Assembly: GCA_963803435.1 (NCBI GenBank)
Contig: CAWDML010000009.1
Location: 1,696,001 to 1,760,000, forward strand
Direction: 5' to 3'
DNA length: 64,000 nt
Source of the DNA: an uncultured delta proteobacterium
GTDB taxonomy: Bacteria; Myxococcota; Kuafuiibacteriia; Kuafuiibacteriales; Kuafuiibacteriaceae
In this document: positions 21,835-31,705 of the stretch, in pieces
How the letters are laid out: each line of letters begins with the position of its first letter
Numbering within the stretch: position 1 is the stretch's first letter
The notes under the pieces: model-generated
Seen by the model: only the letters and a program-made list of their open reading frames with translations
The model's database searches: none
Told to the model about the DNA's origin: nothing
Translations under genes and position numbers: made by a program

Positions 21835-22587
21835 CGCGGCCCAAGCGAGCACGCGCGGATGAGCTGCTGGTCCGCGCCGAGCTGGCCGGATCGATCGAAG
21901 CGGCGCGCGCGCTGGTGATGACCGGGCGCGTGATGGCGTCGATCGACGGCAAGGAGCGGCGCGTCGAGAAGGCGGGCGAGCTCCTCCCCTCCGGCGCGCT
22001 CTTCCGGCTCACCGGTGAGGTCCGCCGGTTCGTCTCCCGCGGCGGGGAGAAGCTGGCGGCGGCGCTGGACGCCTTCGGGATCGATCCCTCGGGGCGGACC
22101 TGCGCCGACATCGGGCTGAGCACGGGCGGATTCACGCACTGCCTGCTCGAGCGCGGCGCCCAGCGCGTGCACGGCGTCGACGTCGGCTACGGCGACGTCG
22201 CCTGGAACCTGCGCACGGATCCGCGCGTCGTGCTGTGGGAGCGGACCAACGCGCGCCACCTGACCGAGCGTCATTTCGGCGAGCGCGTGTCGCTGGTGGT
22301 CATCGACGTCTCCTTCATCTCGCTCGAGGTGGTCCTCCCGGCGGTGCTCGCGCAGCTCGAGGATGCAGCCGACGTGGTGGCGCTGGTGAAGCCGCAATTC
22401 GAGGCGCCCCGGTCGTCGGTGGTGGCAGGGGTGGTCCCGGATCCCGCGGCGCGTCGAGCGGCGGTCGATCGCGTCCGGGCGTCGGCGGAGGCGATCGGGC
22501 TCCGCGTCGAGGGTGAGGTCGAGTCGCCTCTGCTCGGCGCGGACGGCAACGTCGAGCTGCTGCTCCACCTCGCGAGGCGATCGTCGA
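21831..22587 (+). CDS. tlyA: TlyA-family rRNA 2'-O-methyltransferase/hemolysin; stop codon apparently lost by an extra C at 22585
   Basis: S4-like start, FVSRGGEKL, DIGLSTGGFT, VDVGYG, DVSFISL, LVKPQFE, GADGNVE; deleting C22585 gives an in-frame TGA. Confidence 0.88.
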
Positions 22588-23588
22588 AGATCCTCCGTGT
22601 CACGCTGGGTGTGCTCGAGGCCGGCACGCCGGCCGTCTATCGGATCGAGCCATACCCGGACGGCCTCAGCGTGGTCGCCACTGGCACGCTCTCCTCCGAG
22701 GCCATCGCGGCCGCGGTCCGGCACGCGCTCAGCCGCCCCGAGCCCAGGTCCCCCGAGCCGATCCCGTTCGTCCGGGTGGCCCTCGGCGCCGGCGAGGTCG
22801 AGCTCGAGGTCGCCGACGACGCGGCCCAGTCGATGCGCATGCTGAGCGAGGTGCGTTCGGGCGCCGCACCCCTGGTGATCGAGGCCGGCCCGGATCAGGA
22901 CGCCGAGATGGACGCCCTCCTCGCGCGCATCGGCGCCTCCGCTGGGCTGCTGCCCAATCAGCTGGGGGCGGCGCTGGCGCGGCGAGCGGCACGAGACGAA
23001 GCGCCCGGCGGTGCGCCCGACGCCACCGGCGAGGCGCTGGCGTTTCTCGACGCGCACCGCCGCGCAACCCAGCTTGCTGGCGCAGTCCGTGCGGTGGACG
23101 ACCAGATGACCGCCTCGGTGGTCCCGGACTGGCTATGGATCGCCACGGGCTTCGGCGGCCTCGGGGTCCTGTTGACGGCGATCGTCTTCCTCTATCCCGA
23201 GACGCGCCTCCGCCTGATCCCAGCGTTGATCGCGCTCTCTGTGGTCGGTTTCGGCCTATACGGATGGCGCTCCTTCGCCGAGCTCCGGGTGCGGGGACGG
23301 CTGCAGATCGAGCGCGCCGAGCTGCGGGCGCGTCGCGAGGCCGCCCGGGAGGAGGCGCGGGCCCTGCGGGCTCGCCTCTGCCAGGACGGCGCGGATCCGG
23401 ACGCGTTGCTGGTTCGCCTCCAGGAGATCGTCGTTCCGCCCGGGGTTCCTGCGATCTTCGCGCAGCACGGGGCCGCCCTCTCGGCCGCAGGGCCGCCAGA
23501 ACAACCGGATCACCAGCAGATCGTGCTGGCCGACGGGGCGGTCGAACACGCCCGCGCCGTGCCGATGGTGAAGGAGAAGATCGGATGA
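22583..23588 (+). CDS. hypothetical membrane protein with two TM helices and coiled-coil, currently read in-frame with tlyA
   Basis: Deleting C22585 creates a GTGA overlap with GTG-AAG-ATC-CTC (MKILRV); TM pair WLWIATGFGG../LIPALIALSVVGFGLY. Confidence 0.6.
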
Positions 23589-23632
23589 GCCCGGACACGG
23601 AATAGCAGTCTGCGGCAGTGCGTTGCACCCGA

Positions 23633-23830
23633 CGGAACGGGGGACGGTGCTCAATCGAGAACCTCGTTCCGCCAGAGACCGAAGGCACATACGCCCGACC
23701 CCTCCCCGGCCCGTGGGCTTTCGGTCGCTGGATTTACGTTGGCGTTTGGAGCTTTCTTCGACCCCGGGGGGTGGCGTTCTTTGAGGACGGGGCAGCCTCG
23801 ATGGGCATTGCTTCCCGGGGTCTTTTTTTT
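23633..23830 (+). ncRNA. candidate structured small RNA or long 3' UTR, family unassigned
   Basis: Hairpins at 23633-23671, 23696-23727 and 23760-23822 (25 of 27 paired, 8 G-U), followed by T8; lies in a 319-nt intergenic gap. Confidence 0.45.
23760..23830 (+). terminator. intrinsic terminator (long stem + U8)
   Basis: GACCCCGGG...CCCGGGGTC followed by TTTTTTTT. Confidence 0.75.
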
Positions 23831-23907
23831 CTTCGTCCCCTAACCTACGTGATCGAAGCTCGGCGGGGTGCCTGTGACCCCGCCATTTTCTTCTGTAAGG
23901 TAGCCGT

Positions 23908-24795
23908 GTGAAGCGGTACCGCGCGATCCCTGCCGGCGGCACGATCGGCGTCTTCGCGCCCTCCAGCCCCTTCCCCCCGGAGCGCTTCGATCGCGGCCTC
24001 GCGATCCTTCGAGGCCTCGGATTCCAGGTGGTCGTCCATCCGCAGGCCGAGCACCGTCGCGGCTTCCTGGCCGGCGACGACGCGGATCGCGCCTCGGCAT
24101 TCGGTGCGCTCCTGGAGGACGATCGGATCGACGCGGTGATGGCAGCCCGTGGAGGTTACGGCGCTCACCGGTGGATCGATCGCTTCGACTTCTCCCGCGC
24201 GCTCGGCCCGGCCAAGCCGGTCATCGGCTTCTCGGATGTGATCGCTGTCCACGCCTGTCTCCAGCGCGCCGGCCTCCGCTCGATCCACGGTCCCGTGGTG
24301 ACGCAGCTCGGCGATCTGCCGGAAGCGGAGCATCGACATCTCGCGCGCCTCTTGACCGCTCCCGAGCCGATGACCCTGAAGGCCCAGGTCACGATTCGCG
24401 GCGGCCGCGCCCAGGGCCCGCTGGTCGGGGGCTGCCTCTCCGTGATCGCGCCGATGGTCGGAACGCCGTACCTCTTCGTGCCGGAGGGCGCGATCCTCCT
24501 CCTGGAGGACGTGAGCGAGGCGCCCTACCGGATCGACCGCATGCTCACCCACCTGAGGCTCGCCGGCGTGCTGGCGCGGGTGGCCGGCGTGGCCGTGGGC
24601 GACATGGTGGGATGCCAGCCGCCCCGCGACGGCGAGCAGAGCGTGGAGGACGTCCTCGCGGAGCGCCTCGGCGATCTCGGGGTTCCGGCCGTGCGCGGAT
24701 TGCCGTTCGGCCACGGCCGTACGAACCTTGCGCTGCCCCTCGGCGCCGACGCGGTGCTGGACGCCGATGCGGGCACACTGTTCGTGGGGTCGTGA
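23908..24795 (+). CDS. LD-carboxypeptidase (peptidase S66)
   Basis: APSSP, ARGGYG, IGFSDV (Ser), LLLEDVSE (Glu), PFGHG (His). Confidence 0.92.
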   Translation: MKRYRAIPAGGTIGVFAPSSPFPPERFDRGLAILRGLGFQVVVHPQAEHRRGFLAGDDADRASAFGALLEDDRIDAVMAARGGYGAHRWIDRFDFSRALGPAKPVIGFSDVIAVHACLQRAGLRSIHGPVVTQLGDLPEAEHRHLARLLTAPEPMTLKAQVTIRGGRAQGPLVGGCLSVIAPMVGTPYLFVPEGAILLLEDVSEAPYRIDRMLTHLRLAGVLARVAGVAVGDMVGCQPPRDGEQSVEDVLAERLGDLGVPAVRGLPFGHGRTNLALPLGADAVLDADAGTLFVGS

Positions 24796-25985
24796 CGCAT
24801 CCGGTCGACATCTTCGCCGCCGGCGCTCGGGACGGCGTCTATCCCGGCGCGCAGCTCGCCGTGTCCCGCGAATGCCAGCGTCTCGTCACCGCGGCGGTCG
24901 GCAAGATCGCGCCCGGCGGCGAGCCGACCAGCAACGACGCGATCTACGATCTCGCCTCGCTCACCAAGCCGCTGGCCACCACCGTCCTCTTGGGCCGCGC
25001 GCTCGAGGAGGGCCGCTGTCAGCTCGACGACCCGGTGAACCAGTACGTCCCCGGCGTCCATGGGTCGATCACCCTGCGCCACCTGCTCGAACACTCGAGC
25101 GGCTACCCGGCGCACGCGCGCTTCGATCAATACATGCCGAGCCGGATCGCGAAGGGCAGCTGGGACGCGTGGCGCCATATCGTCTTCGAGGCCGTCAAGC
25201 TGGGCCGCGAGGCGCCCGCAGGCCACCGGGCCTTGTACAGCGACGTCGGCTTCATCCTGCTCGGCGCGGCGCTCGAGGTCATGTACACGCAGCCCCTGTC
25301 GATCCCGCACGCGTTCCTGGGGACGCCGCTGTTCTATCGGGACAAGCGGGGCCCGCCGGCGCTGCCCTCGATCTGGCCGGGGACGCCGATCGCGCCCACC
25401 GAGAACTGTCTACCCGGCGAGGTCCACGACGAGAACTGCCGCGCCATGGGCGGCGTCGCCGGCCACGCCGGGATCTGGGGGACGGCCGAGCGCGTGCTGA
25501 TCCTCGCCGAGCAGCTGGTGCTCGCCTACCACGGGTTCAAGGGCGGCGTGCTCAAACCCGACACGATCCGCTGCATCTGGCAGCCGAGCTCGGTCCCCGG
25601 CTCCACACGCACGCTCGGGTGGGATCGACCGTCGCCGGAGGGATCATCGACGGGCGGACGCTGGCCGCCGACCAGCGTCGGTCACCTCGGGTTCACCGGC
25701 ACCTCGATCTGGATCGAGCCGGAGCGCGCGCTGATCGTGGTCCTGATCAGTAACCGCGTCTGTCCGACGCGCGCCAACAACATGATCCGACGCCTGCGAC
25801 CGGCGCTCTACGACGCCGCCTGGAACGTGTGGGCGACCACGCCGCGCAGGCGACCCGTCGACCGGAAGAAGGCACCGGCGCGATCGCAAGCTGGGTTGCG
25901 ACCGATCCCTGAGGACCAGGCGAAGACCCAGCGGATCACCGTGGATGACGAGAACACCGAGCCCAACGTTCGGATCTACAAGTGA
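24792..25985 (+). CDS. serine hydrolase, beta-lactamase/AmpC-like family
   Basis: YDLASLTK (SxxK), LLEHSSG, YSDVGF, GEVHDEN, GHAGIW, GHLGFTGTS; GTGA overlap. Confidence 0.9.
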   Translation: MTHPVDIFAAGARDGVYPGAQLAVSRECQRLVTAAVGKIAPGGEPTSNDAIYDLASLTKPLATTVLLGRALEEGRCQLDDPVNQYVPGVHGSITLRHLLEHSSGYPAHARFDQYMPSRIAKGSWDAWRHIVFEAVKLGREAPAGHRALYSDVGFILLGAALEVMYTQPLSIPHAFLGTPLFYRDKRGPPALPSIWPGTPIAPTENCLPGEVHDENCRAMGGVAGHAGIWGTAERVLILAEQLVLAYHGFKGGVLKPDTIRCIWQPSSVPGSTRTLGWDRPSPEGSSTGGRWPPTSVGHLGFTGTSIWIEPERALIVVLISNRVCPTRANNMIRRLRPALYDAAWNVWATTPRRRPVDRKKAPARSQAGLRPIPEDQAKTQRITVDDENTEPNVRIYK

Positions 25986-26374
25986 CCGTCGTAGTCCTGG
26001 ATGAAGCTGCAGCCGTGCTCGGTGTGCTCGTGAGAGAGCAGGATGAACACCGCCGTCGAGGTGGTGGTGGCCGGGTCCCGCACCAGTAGGCCGATCCGCG
26101 ACCAGGCCCGGTCGACGGGCCTCACGAACGCCAACTCGGTGACGCTCGCGCGGAGTAGGCGCTGCTCGAGCGACGGGTTGCGCACGTGCTCGGCCAGGTA
26201 CGCGCTGTCACCGGAGGCGATCGCGGCGGTCAGGGAGCCGGCGCACCCGTCCGCCCAGCTCCCCTGCTCGAGGGAGCGATAGACGAACCAGACGCTGATC
26301 GCGAGCAGCGCGACGAAGACGCTGCGCCGGAGGGCCTTGCTCAGCAGAACCTGCCGGAGCGCCGCCTCATCCAT
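25976..26374 (-). CDS. hypothetical membrane protein
   Basis: Single N-terminal TM; start overlaps the stop of the exonuclease gene. Confidence 0.6.
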   Translation of the reverse strand: MDEAALRQVLLSKALRRSVFVALLAISVWFVYRSLEQGSWADGCAGSLTAAIASGDSAYLAEHVRNPSLEQRLLRASVTELAFVRPVDRAWSRIGLLVRDPATTTSTAVFILLSHEHTEHGCSFIQDYDGHL

Positions 26375-26942
26375 GACCCTGACCCTTCTCGAGGTTCATC
26401 AATCCACAGAACACGCGAGCCGAGTATCGCGCATCCGCACCCGCGTGATGGAGCTGGTCCGGGTCGGGCGGCTCCGCCTTCAACAGCTGGCAGATGTTCT
26501 TGAGGGTGGTCTGATTCCAGGGGATCTCGAGCTTCCCCATCGCCAGCGCCTTGGTGTCGAGGGCCGAGTACCCGAACGAATTTTTCACGTTCGCATGCCC
26601 GCAGTAGTAGGCGAAGAACATCCAGTCGAACGGCGCATTGTGTGCGACGAAGACCGGTCGATCCTTCTTGCCGTGCCGATGGGACTCCACCCAGTCGATC
26701 ACCTTCTGCATGGCGCCCTCGGGCGAGAGGCCCTCCGACTCGAGCCGCGCCACGTCGAGCTTGTTCACCGCCATCGCAGCGTCGTCGAACTCGGGAAAGA
26801 TGGGCCGGAGCTCGACGTACAGGTCCTCCAGCGGGCGATACTTGCCCTCCAGCCGGCGCACGTGGGTCAGGCCGATGGAGAGGAGATTGTGAATCCCGGG
26901 CGTCGGCCCCGAGGATTCGACGTCGACACAGAAGTAATCCAA
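26367..26942 (-). CDS. DEDDh 3'-5' exonuclease (RNase T/DnaQ-like)
   Basis: CVDVES (ExoI), AHNAPFD (ExoII), HHAGADA (ExoIII); TTG start. Confidence 0.88.
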   Translation of the reverse strand: MDYFCVDVESSGPTPGIHNLLSIGLTHVRRLEGKYRPLEDLYVELRPIFPEFDDAAMAVNKLDVARLESEGLSPEGAMQKVIDWVESHRHGKKDRPVFVAHNAPFDWMFFAYYCGHANVKNSFGYSALDTKALAMGKLEIPWNQTTLKNICQLLKAEPPDPDQLHHAGADARYSARVFCGLMNLEKGQGHG

Positions 26943-27013
26943 TTCGCTGGCTCTTACCTTCCGCGACCGCCCGCGGTCGACCGTTTCCGCGCGGTGGGTG
27001 TATTTCCCCGGGG

Positions 27014-28693
27014 GTGCGGTCGCTCCGGCCCGGTCTGGCTCTGCTCGTGCTGCTCACGGGCTGCGACGCGCTCAGCGGCATCGTCTCGCTGGGGACGCAC
27101 CGGCCGCCGGCGGCGCGGGACGCCGGCACGCGGGACGCGAGCACCAACGCACCCGACTCCGGGTGGTCCGACGGCGGGGGGGACGCTGCGGTCTCGGACA
27201 CCGGACCGCTCGGGAGCGACCTGGTGGTGTCCTTCCTCTCCGATCCGCCGGAGGCGATCGAGCCGGGCGGTGCGTTCGATGTGGAGGTGACCGTCGAGAA
27301 CCAGGGCACCCTCGCCTCCACCGAGACCACGGTTCGTCTGGAGCTGGCGGCTGCTGGCACGCTGGCCCTGGCCGAGCCGCTGATCGGATCGATCGGACCC
27401 GGAGCCTCCGAGTCCCGCCGCTTGCACCTGACCGTACCCACCTCCACCGCGGGTGCGCATCGCCTGAGGGCCGTCGCGGATCCGCAGCGCGTCGTCGCGG
27501 AGCTCGACGAGGACAACAACGTTCGGCTGTCCGGGCGCGTGCTCGTGGGCGCACTGGTGGTGCGACCGCAGTCGCTCGACCTGACGACGCCGGCCGGATG
27601 CATCCGCTCGGGACTGCTCTCAATCACGAACAAGAGCGATCGCGTCGCCCAGCTCGACGCGCCGATGGTCCAAGGGTCACCGGAGTACCGCGTGAGCTCG
27701 CGGGCACCGCTCGACCTCGGGCCCGGGGAGGCGATCACGGCGACCGTCACCTATGCACCGATCGATCCCGGCGCCGACCGGGCCACGCTCTGGATCGCGC
27801 ACGACCTCGGCAGCCCGGTCGCGATCGCGCTTGTGGCCGACGGCGACGACGGGATGCGCTCCGAGACGTTCCACCAGTTCGCGGAGCGGAAGGTCGATCT
27901 CTTGTTCGTCGTCGACGACTCGTGCTCGATGGGCGAGGAGCAGGCTCGCCTCGGGCAGCGCTTCTCCGCGTTCCTCGACTTCGCCGCCACGGAGACGATC
28001 GACTACCAGGTGGCGGTGACCACCACCGACGTCGGCCCGGGCGGCCCGGCCGGGCGCTTCCGGGGCGACCCGCGCATCATCACGCCAAGCACGCCCTCGG
28101 CCGCCCTCGCCTTCGCCGCCAACGCGATGGTCGGCCTCGATGGATCCGAGGCCGAGCAGGGCCTGCTCGCCGCCGAGCGTGCGCTCTCGTCCCCGTTGAT
28201 CGAGACGGACAACGCCGGCTTTCTCCGGCCGGAGGCGTCCCTCGCCGTCGTGTACGTCTCGGACGAGGACGACCAGTCGCCCGGCTCCGTCGAGGCGCAC
28301 GCAGCCTTCCTCGGTGCGCTCCGGCCTGCGCCCTTCCTCCGCGTCAGCGCGATCGTCGGTGACGCGCCCGCCGGCTGCGGGACAGCCGCGCCCGGGCTGC
28401 GATACCTGGCGCTGGTCGATCTGATCGGCGGAGCGGCCGCCTCGATCTGCGAGAGCGATTGGGATCAGACGCTGCTCGCGCTGGCCGCCGGCGGCTTCGG
28501 CTTCCAGACCCGCTTCGAGCTCGAGGGCGTCCCGCTCGCCTCGACGATCGAGGTCCGGGTGAACGGCATGGTGGTGCCACCGCCATTCTGGCGATACGAG
28601 GCAGCGGCCCGCGCGATTGTGTTCGAGCCGGCCGCGGTGCCGGAGGCGAGCAGCGAGATCGAGGTCGGCTATCGGCCCGGATGCGGGCTCTGA
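27014..28693 (+). CDS. lipoprotein with CARDB, Ig-like and vWA domains
   Basis: LLTGC lipobox; CARDB (VENQG...AVADP..VAELDEDNN); KVDLLFVVDDSCSM MIDAS; GFLRPEASLAVVYVSDEDDQS. Confidence 0.8.
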   Translation: MRSLRPGLALLVLLTGCDALSGIVSLGTHRPPAARDAGTRDASTNAPDSGWSDGGGDAAVSDTGPLGSDLVVSFLSDPPEAIEPGGAFDVEVTVENQGTLASTETTVRLELAAAGTLALAEPLIGSIGPGASESRRLHLTVPTSTAGAHRLRAVADPQRVVAELDEDNNVRLSGRVLVGALVVRPQSLDLTTPAGCIRSGLLSITNKSDRVAQLDAPMVQGSPEYRVSSRAPLDLGPGEAITATVTYAPIDPGADRATLWIAHDLGSPVAIALVADGDDGMRSETFHQFAERKVDLLFVVDDSCSMGEEQARLGQRFSAFLDFAATETIDYQVAVTTTDVGPGGPAGRFRGDPRIITPSTPSAALAFAANAMVGLDGSEAEQGLLAAERALSSPLIETDNAGFLRPEASLAVVYVSDEDDQSPGSVEAHAAFLGALRPAPFLRVSAIVGDAPAGCGTAAPGLRYLALVDLIGGAAASICESDWDQTLLALAAGGFGFQTRFELEGVPLASTIEVRVNGMVVPPPFWRYEAAARAIVFEPAAVPEASSEIEVGYRPGCGL

Positions 28694-29406
28694 GCGCAGG
28701 CCCGCTCGACCGCCGCTCGGTATGGTGAATCGGCGTCGAGCTCGGCCGTCGCGGCGGCCGCCTCGCCCGGACGTCCGGCCTTGCAGAGCGCCATCGCCTT
28801 CACCGCGGTCCGCTCCTCGGCGAGCTCGCCGTCGGGAAAGCGCGACGCGTGCGCCGCGACTTGGGAGAGCGCGCGGTCGACATCGCCGTCGCGGAGCGCC
28901 GCCTTGGCGGCCTGGATCAACGCGGCCTCCTCGGCGAGGCGGCCCCCCGGCCGGAGGTCGGCCTGAGGGAGCGGGTGCGGTGGCCCGGCGGCGGCGGGCC
29001 GGCGCCGCCGGCTCGGACGCGCCGCCGGGGCGATCGGAGGGGTCGGAGGGGTCGGAGGGGTCGGAGGGGTCGGCTCGTCGGGCGCGACGGGCACCGGCGG
29101 CGGGGGCGGCCTCACGGCGGGCACCGGCGCGACGGCGACCGCTGGATCTCGCGGGGCCAGCACGGAGGTCACCAGCACGCCGGCCGCGAGCCCGGTCGCG
29201 ACCACGACGCCGGCAATCTTGAGCCCGATCGAGGCACCACCGGCGGCGTGGGCCGGCGACGGATCGATCGCAGCCGGCAGCGCCACCGACCCGGCGATCA
29301 GCGCCCGGATCCGCGCCTTGTCGCCTGCGGTGGCGTGGGGCTCGGCGGCGCGCGCCTTCGAGAGCGCCGCGCGGGCCTCTGCGCTGAGCGCGTCGGGATC
29401 GCTCAT
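28669..29406 (-). CDS. putative anti-sigma factor (TM, Pro-rich linker, C-terminal TPR-like helix pair)
   Basis: ATGA-coupled to ECF sigma; LAEEAALIQAA..ALR.GD..AL..H..RFPDGELAEER. Confidence 0.7.
   Translation of the reverse strand: MSDPDALSAEARAALSKARAAEPHATAGDKARIRALIAGSVALPAAIDPSPAHAAGGASIGLKIAGVVVATGLAAGVLVTSVLAPRDPAVAVAPVPAVRPPPPPVPVAPDEPTPPTPPTPPTPPIAPAARPSRRRRPAAAGPPHPLPQADLRPGGRLAEEAALIQAAKAALRDGDVDRALSQVAAHASRFPDGELAEERTAVKAMALCKAGRPGEAAAATAELDADSPYRAAVERACAQSPHPGR
29036..29073. repeat. 9-bp tandem repeat (GGGGTCGGA, about 4 copies) encoding a PTP linker
   Basis: cggaggggtcggaggggtcggaggggtcggaggggtcgg read directly. Confidence 0.75.
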
Positions 29407-30056
29407 GGTGTGCTCCTCTCCCGGGCGCGATGCCGCTTCACCACCTCTTCGAAGGCGCGACGTGCCGCGCGCAGACGGGAGTAGACGGTGTTGACGTTGG
29501 CGGAGAGGGCCTCGGCGATCTCGGGGGCGGTCATCTCTTCGAGCTCCGCGAGGATGAAGACCGCGCGCTTGTCATCGTCGAGCGTGGCCAGGAAGCGATC
29601 GAGGAACGCCAGCGCCTGAGCCCGTGCCGTCTGCTCGTCGGGGAGCAGAGAGGAGCGGTCGGCCGGCTCGCCCTCGAGCGGCTCGGGGAGGCCGTGCCGG
29701 GAGAGCGCCCGCCGATGGTCGTGCGCGACCCGCAACGCGATCCCGAACAGCCAGGTGCGGACCGATGAGCGGCCCTCGAAGTCAGCGAGCCGGCGGTGGA
29801 CCACCAAGAAGGCGTCCTGCACCGCGTCGTCGAGCTGCGGCTCGGGCACCCCGAGACGGCGGAGGCTGCGCCACACGAAGTCGAAGTGCGCGTCATAGAG
29901 GGCATCGAAACCCGAGATGCTGGCGGCGTGGACCGAAGGGCTTTCGGGTGGCGATCGCCCACCATGGGAATCAGACACGCCGAGAGACTCCTGAGCCGAG
30001 TTTCCGGCCTGCGCCGCCAGCATCCCCTGCCCGTGAGTGGCCGGGGCAGGCGACAT
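29403..30056 (-). CDS. ECF RNA polymerase sigma-70 factor (start may be downstream)
   Basis: FVWRSLRRLG, DAVQDAFLVVHRRL..FEGRSSVRTWLFGIA, EIAEAL..NVNTVYSRLRAAR. Confidence 0.92.
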   Translation of the reverse strand: MSPAPATHGQGMLAAQAGNSAQESLGVSDSHGGRSPPESPSVHAASISGFDALYDAHFDFVWRSLRRLGVPEPQLDDAVQDAFLVVHRRLADFEGRSSVRTWLFGIALRVAHDHRRALSRHGLPEPLEGEPADRSSLLPDEQTARAQALAFLDRFLATLDDDKRAVFILAELEEMTAPEIAEALSANVNTVYSRLRAARRAFEEVVKRHRARERSTP

Positions 30057-30062
30057 CCGTGA

Positions 30063-30932
30063 TCAAAAATCGACCTCGATCCCGACCTCCGCGCCGAAGC
30101 CGAGGGCGGCCGGCCGGTGCACCGTCTGCCCGTCCAGGGTGAGCGAGGGCCGGGAGAGCGGGGCCGCGGCCCACAGCGCCGGCGCCAGGACCAGGGGTCC
30201 GGCCAGCGGGATTCCGGCCCGCGCCGCGAACCCTACAGAGACCCACACGGGCCGGGCGGTCCGGGGATCGGAGACGTCGCGGCCTTGGGCCAGGATCGCG
30301 CCGGCCTCGCCCTCGACGCAGCCCCACAGCGCGATGACCCAACGGTGGCCGGCGCAGATCTGGGCGACGCCGCCGAGCAGCGCCAGCTCGGCGCGCCCGA
30401 CGGCCGCCGGGATCGATTCTCGGGCCAGATAGCGAGCCTGCGCCGAAAGCGAGAACGGGCCCAGCTCGACGCCGCCCCCGGCCGAGAGCGCCAGCGCCGG
30501 CTCCGAGAGCGGTCCGATCGCCACGCCGAGGGCGGCGCGGGCCCAGACGATTGGGGACACGGACGCGCTCGAGACGCCCGGCTCGCCGTCAGGTCGAAAC
30601 ACCTCCCGAGGCGGCGGCGGCGGCGGGGGCGGCGGAGGCTCGGCCGCCTCGAGCTGGAGCGCGACGATGACCGCCGCGGCCGCCGCCACGGCCGCGCACG
30701 ACTCCCCCTCCACCGCGCGCCGGCCCGCTTGGCTCTCGATGATCCCGGACCAGGGCCCGTCGGCGGCGCGGTGCTCGAGCCGCACCGTCACCGCGAGGCG
30801 CGGTGGCCCTGGACCGATCGGCGTCGACTCGGCGACCCGGGCCAGAAACGCGCTCCGCGCCGGGCAGGCGGGATCGTCGGCGATCAGCTCGAGCTCCAGC
30901 GCCGGATGCGCGATCAAGAGGAGCAGCATCAT
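30063..30932 (-). CDS. hypothetical exported protein with a C-terminal beta-barrel-like region
   Basis: CP...C N-domain, poly-Pro linker, amphipathic beta strands ending GIEVDF (terminal Phe). Confidence 0.6.
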   Translation of the reverse strand: MMLLLLIAHPALELELIADDPACPARSAFLARVAESTPIGPGPPRLAVTVRLEHRAADGPWSGIIESQAGRRAVEGESCAAVAAAAAVIVALQLEAAEPPPPPPPPPPREVFRPDGEPGVSSASVSPIVWARAALGVAIGPLSEPALALSAGGGVELGPFSLSAQARYLARESIPAAVGRAELALLGGVAQICAGHRWVIALWGCVEGEAGAILAQGRDVSDPRTARPVWVSVGFAARAGIPLAGPLVLAPALWAAAPLSRPSLTLDGQTVHRPAALGFGAEVGIEVDF

Positions 30933-31705
30933 CGGTGCGCCTCGAGGAAGGCGAGCACCGTGCCCCGTTCGTGCGCGAGCCGGACCGCCGAGACCCCGAA
31001 CGTCGCCCCGATCCGCTCGGGCGTCAGCACCTCCTTCGGCGGTCCGCTGGCGACCGTGCGCCCGCCGTCGAGCACCAGCACCTGCGTGGAGAAGCGATCG
31101 GCGAGGTTGAGATCGTGGAGCGCGGCCAGCACCGTGAGGCCCAGCTCCCGGACCCGCCCGAGCACGTCGAGCTGGTGGCGCACGTCGAGGTGATTCGTGG
31201 GCTCGTCGAGCAGGAGGATGCGCGGGCGCTGCGCCAGTGCCCGAGCGAGCAGCACCCGCTGGCGCTCGCCGCCGGAGAGCGTCGAGTAGTTGCGCCGCCG
31301 GAGCGTCAGCGCGTCGGTGAGCTCGAGCGATCGCTCGACGATCTCTCGGTCGTCGCGCGAGTCCGGATCGAACAGCCCTTGATAGGGACTGCGGCCCATC
31401 ATCACCAGCTCCTCGACGAGGAAGTCGAACGCGAGCTCGGGCTCCTGGCGGAGGACCGCGATCTTCCGGCCGAGCGCCCGGCGATCGAGCGCGTCGACGG
31501 AGACGCCGTCGAGCTCGATGGAACCGCCGGCGCGCCCCACCGCCCGATACAGCGATCGGATCAGCGTGGTCTTGCCGCTCCCGTTGGGGCCGACGACCAC
31601 CGAGAACGCGCCCTCGTCCACCGAGAAGGTGACACCGTCGAGGATCCGGCGGCCGCCCAGATCGACGGCCAGGTCGCGCACCTCGATCGGGGCGCGCTCA
31701 CTCAC
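30929..31705 (-). CDS. iron-siderophore/cobalamin ABC transporter ATP-binding protein
   Basis: GPNGSGKT, LSGGERQR, LLLDEPTNHLD, LHDLNLA. Confidence 0.93.
   Translation of the reverse strand: MSERAPIEVRDLAVDLGGRRILDGVTFSVDEGAFSVVVGPNGSGKTTLIRSLYRAVGRAGGSIELDGVSVDALDRRALGRKIAVLRQEPELAFDFLVEELVMMGRSPYQGLFDPDSRDDREIVERSLELTDALTLRRRNYSTLSGGERQRVLLARALAQRPRILLLDEPTNHLDVRHQLDVLGRVRELGLTVLAALHDLNLADRFSTQVLVLDGGRTVASGPPKEVLTPERIGATFGVSAVRLAHERGTVLAFLEAHR

Noticed and set aside
21336-23588. 750-aa TlyA fusion protein
   Set aside because: True start is 21831, and one extra C at 22585 hides a GTGA stop/start overlap
23591-23627. Possible sigma54 promoter before the RNA candidate
   Set aside because: GGCAGTGCGTTGC has 9 rather than 10 nt between GG and GC; the alternative match is weak
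23618-23911. 97-aa ORF across the structured intergenic region
   Set aside because: Runs through a terminator and T8 tract, with atypical composition and no SD
23908-25985. Beta-lactamase-like gene as a resistance determinant
   Set aside because: Generic serine hydrolase coupled to an LD-carboxypeptidase; more consistent with peptidoglycan recycling
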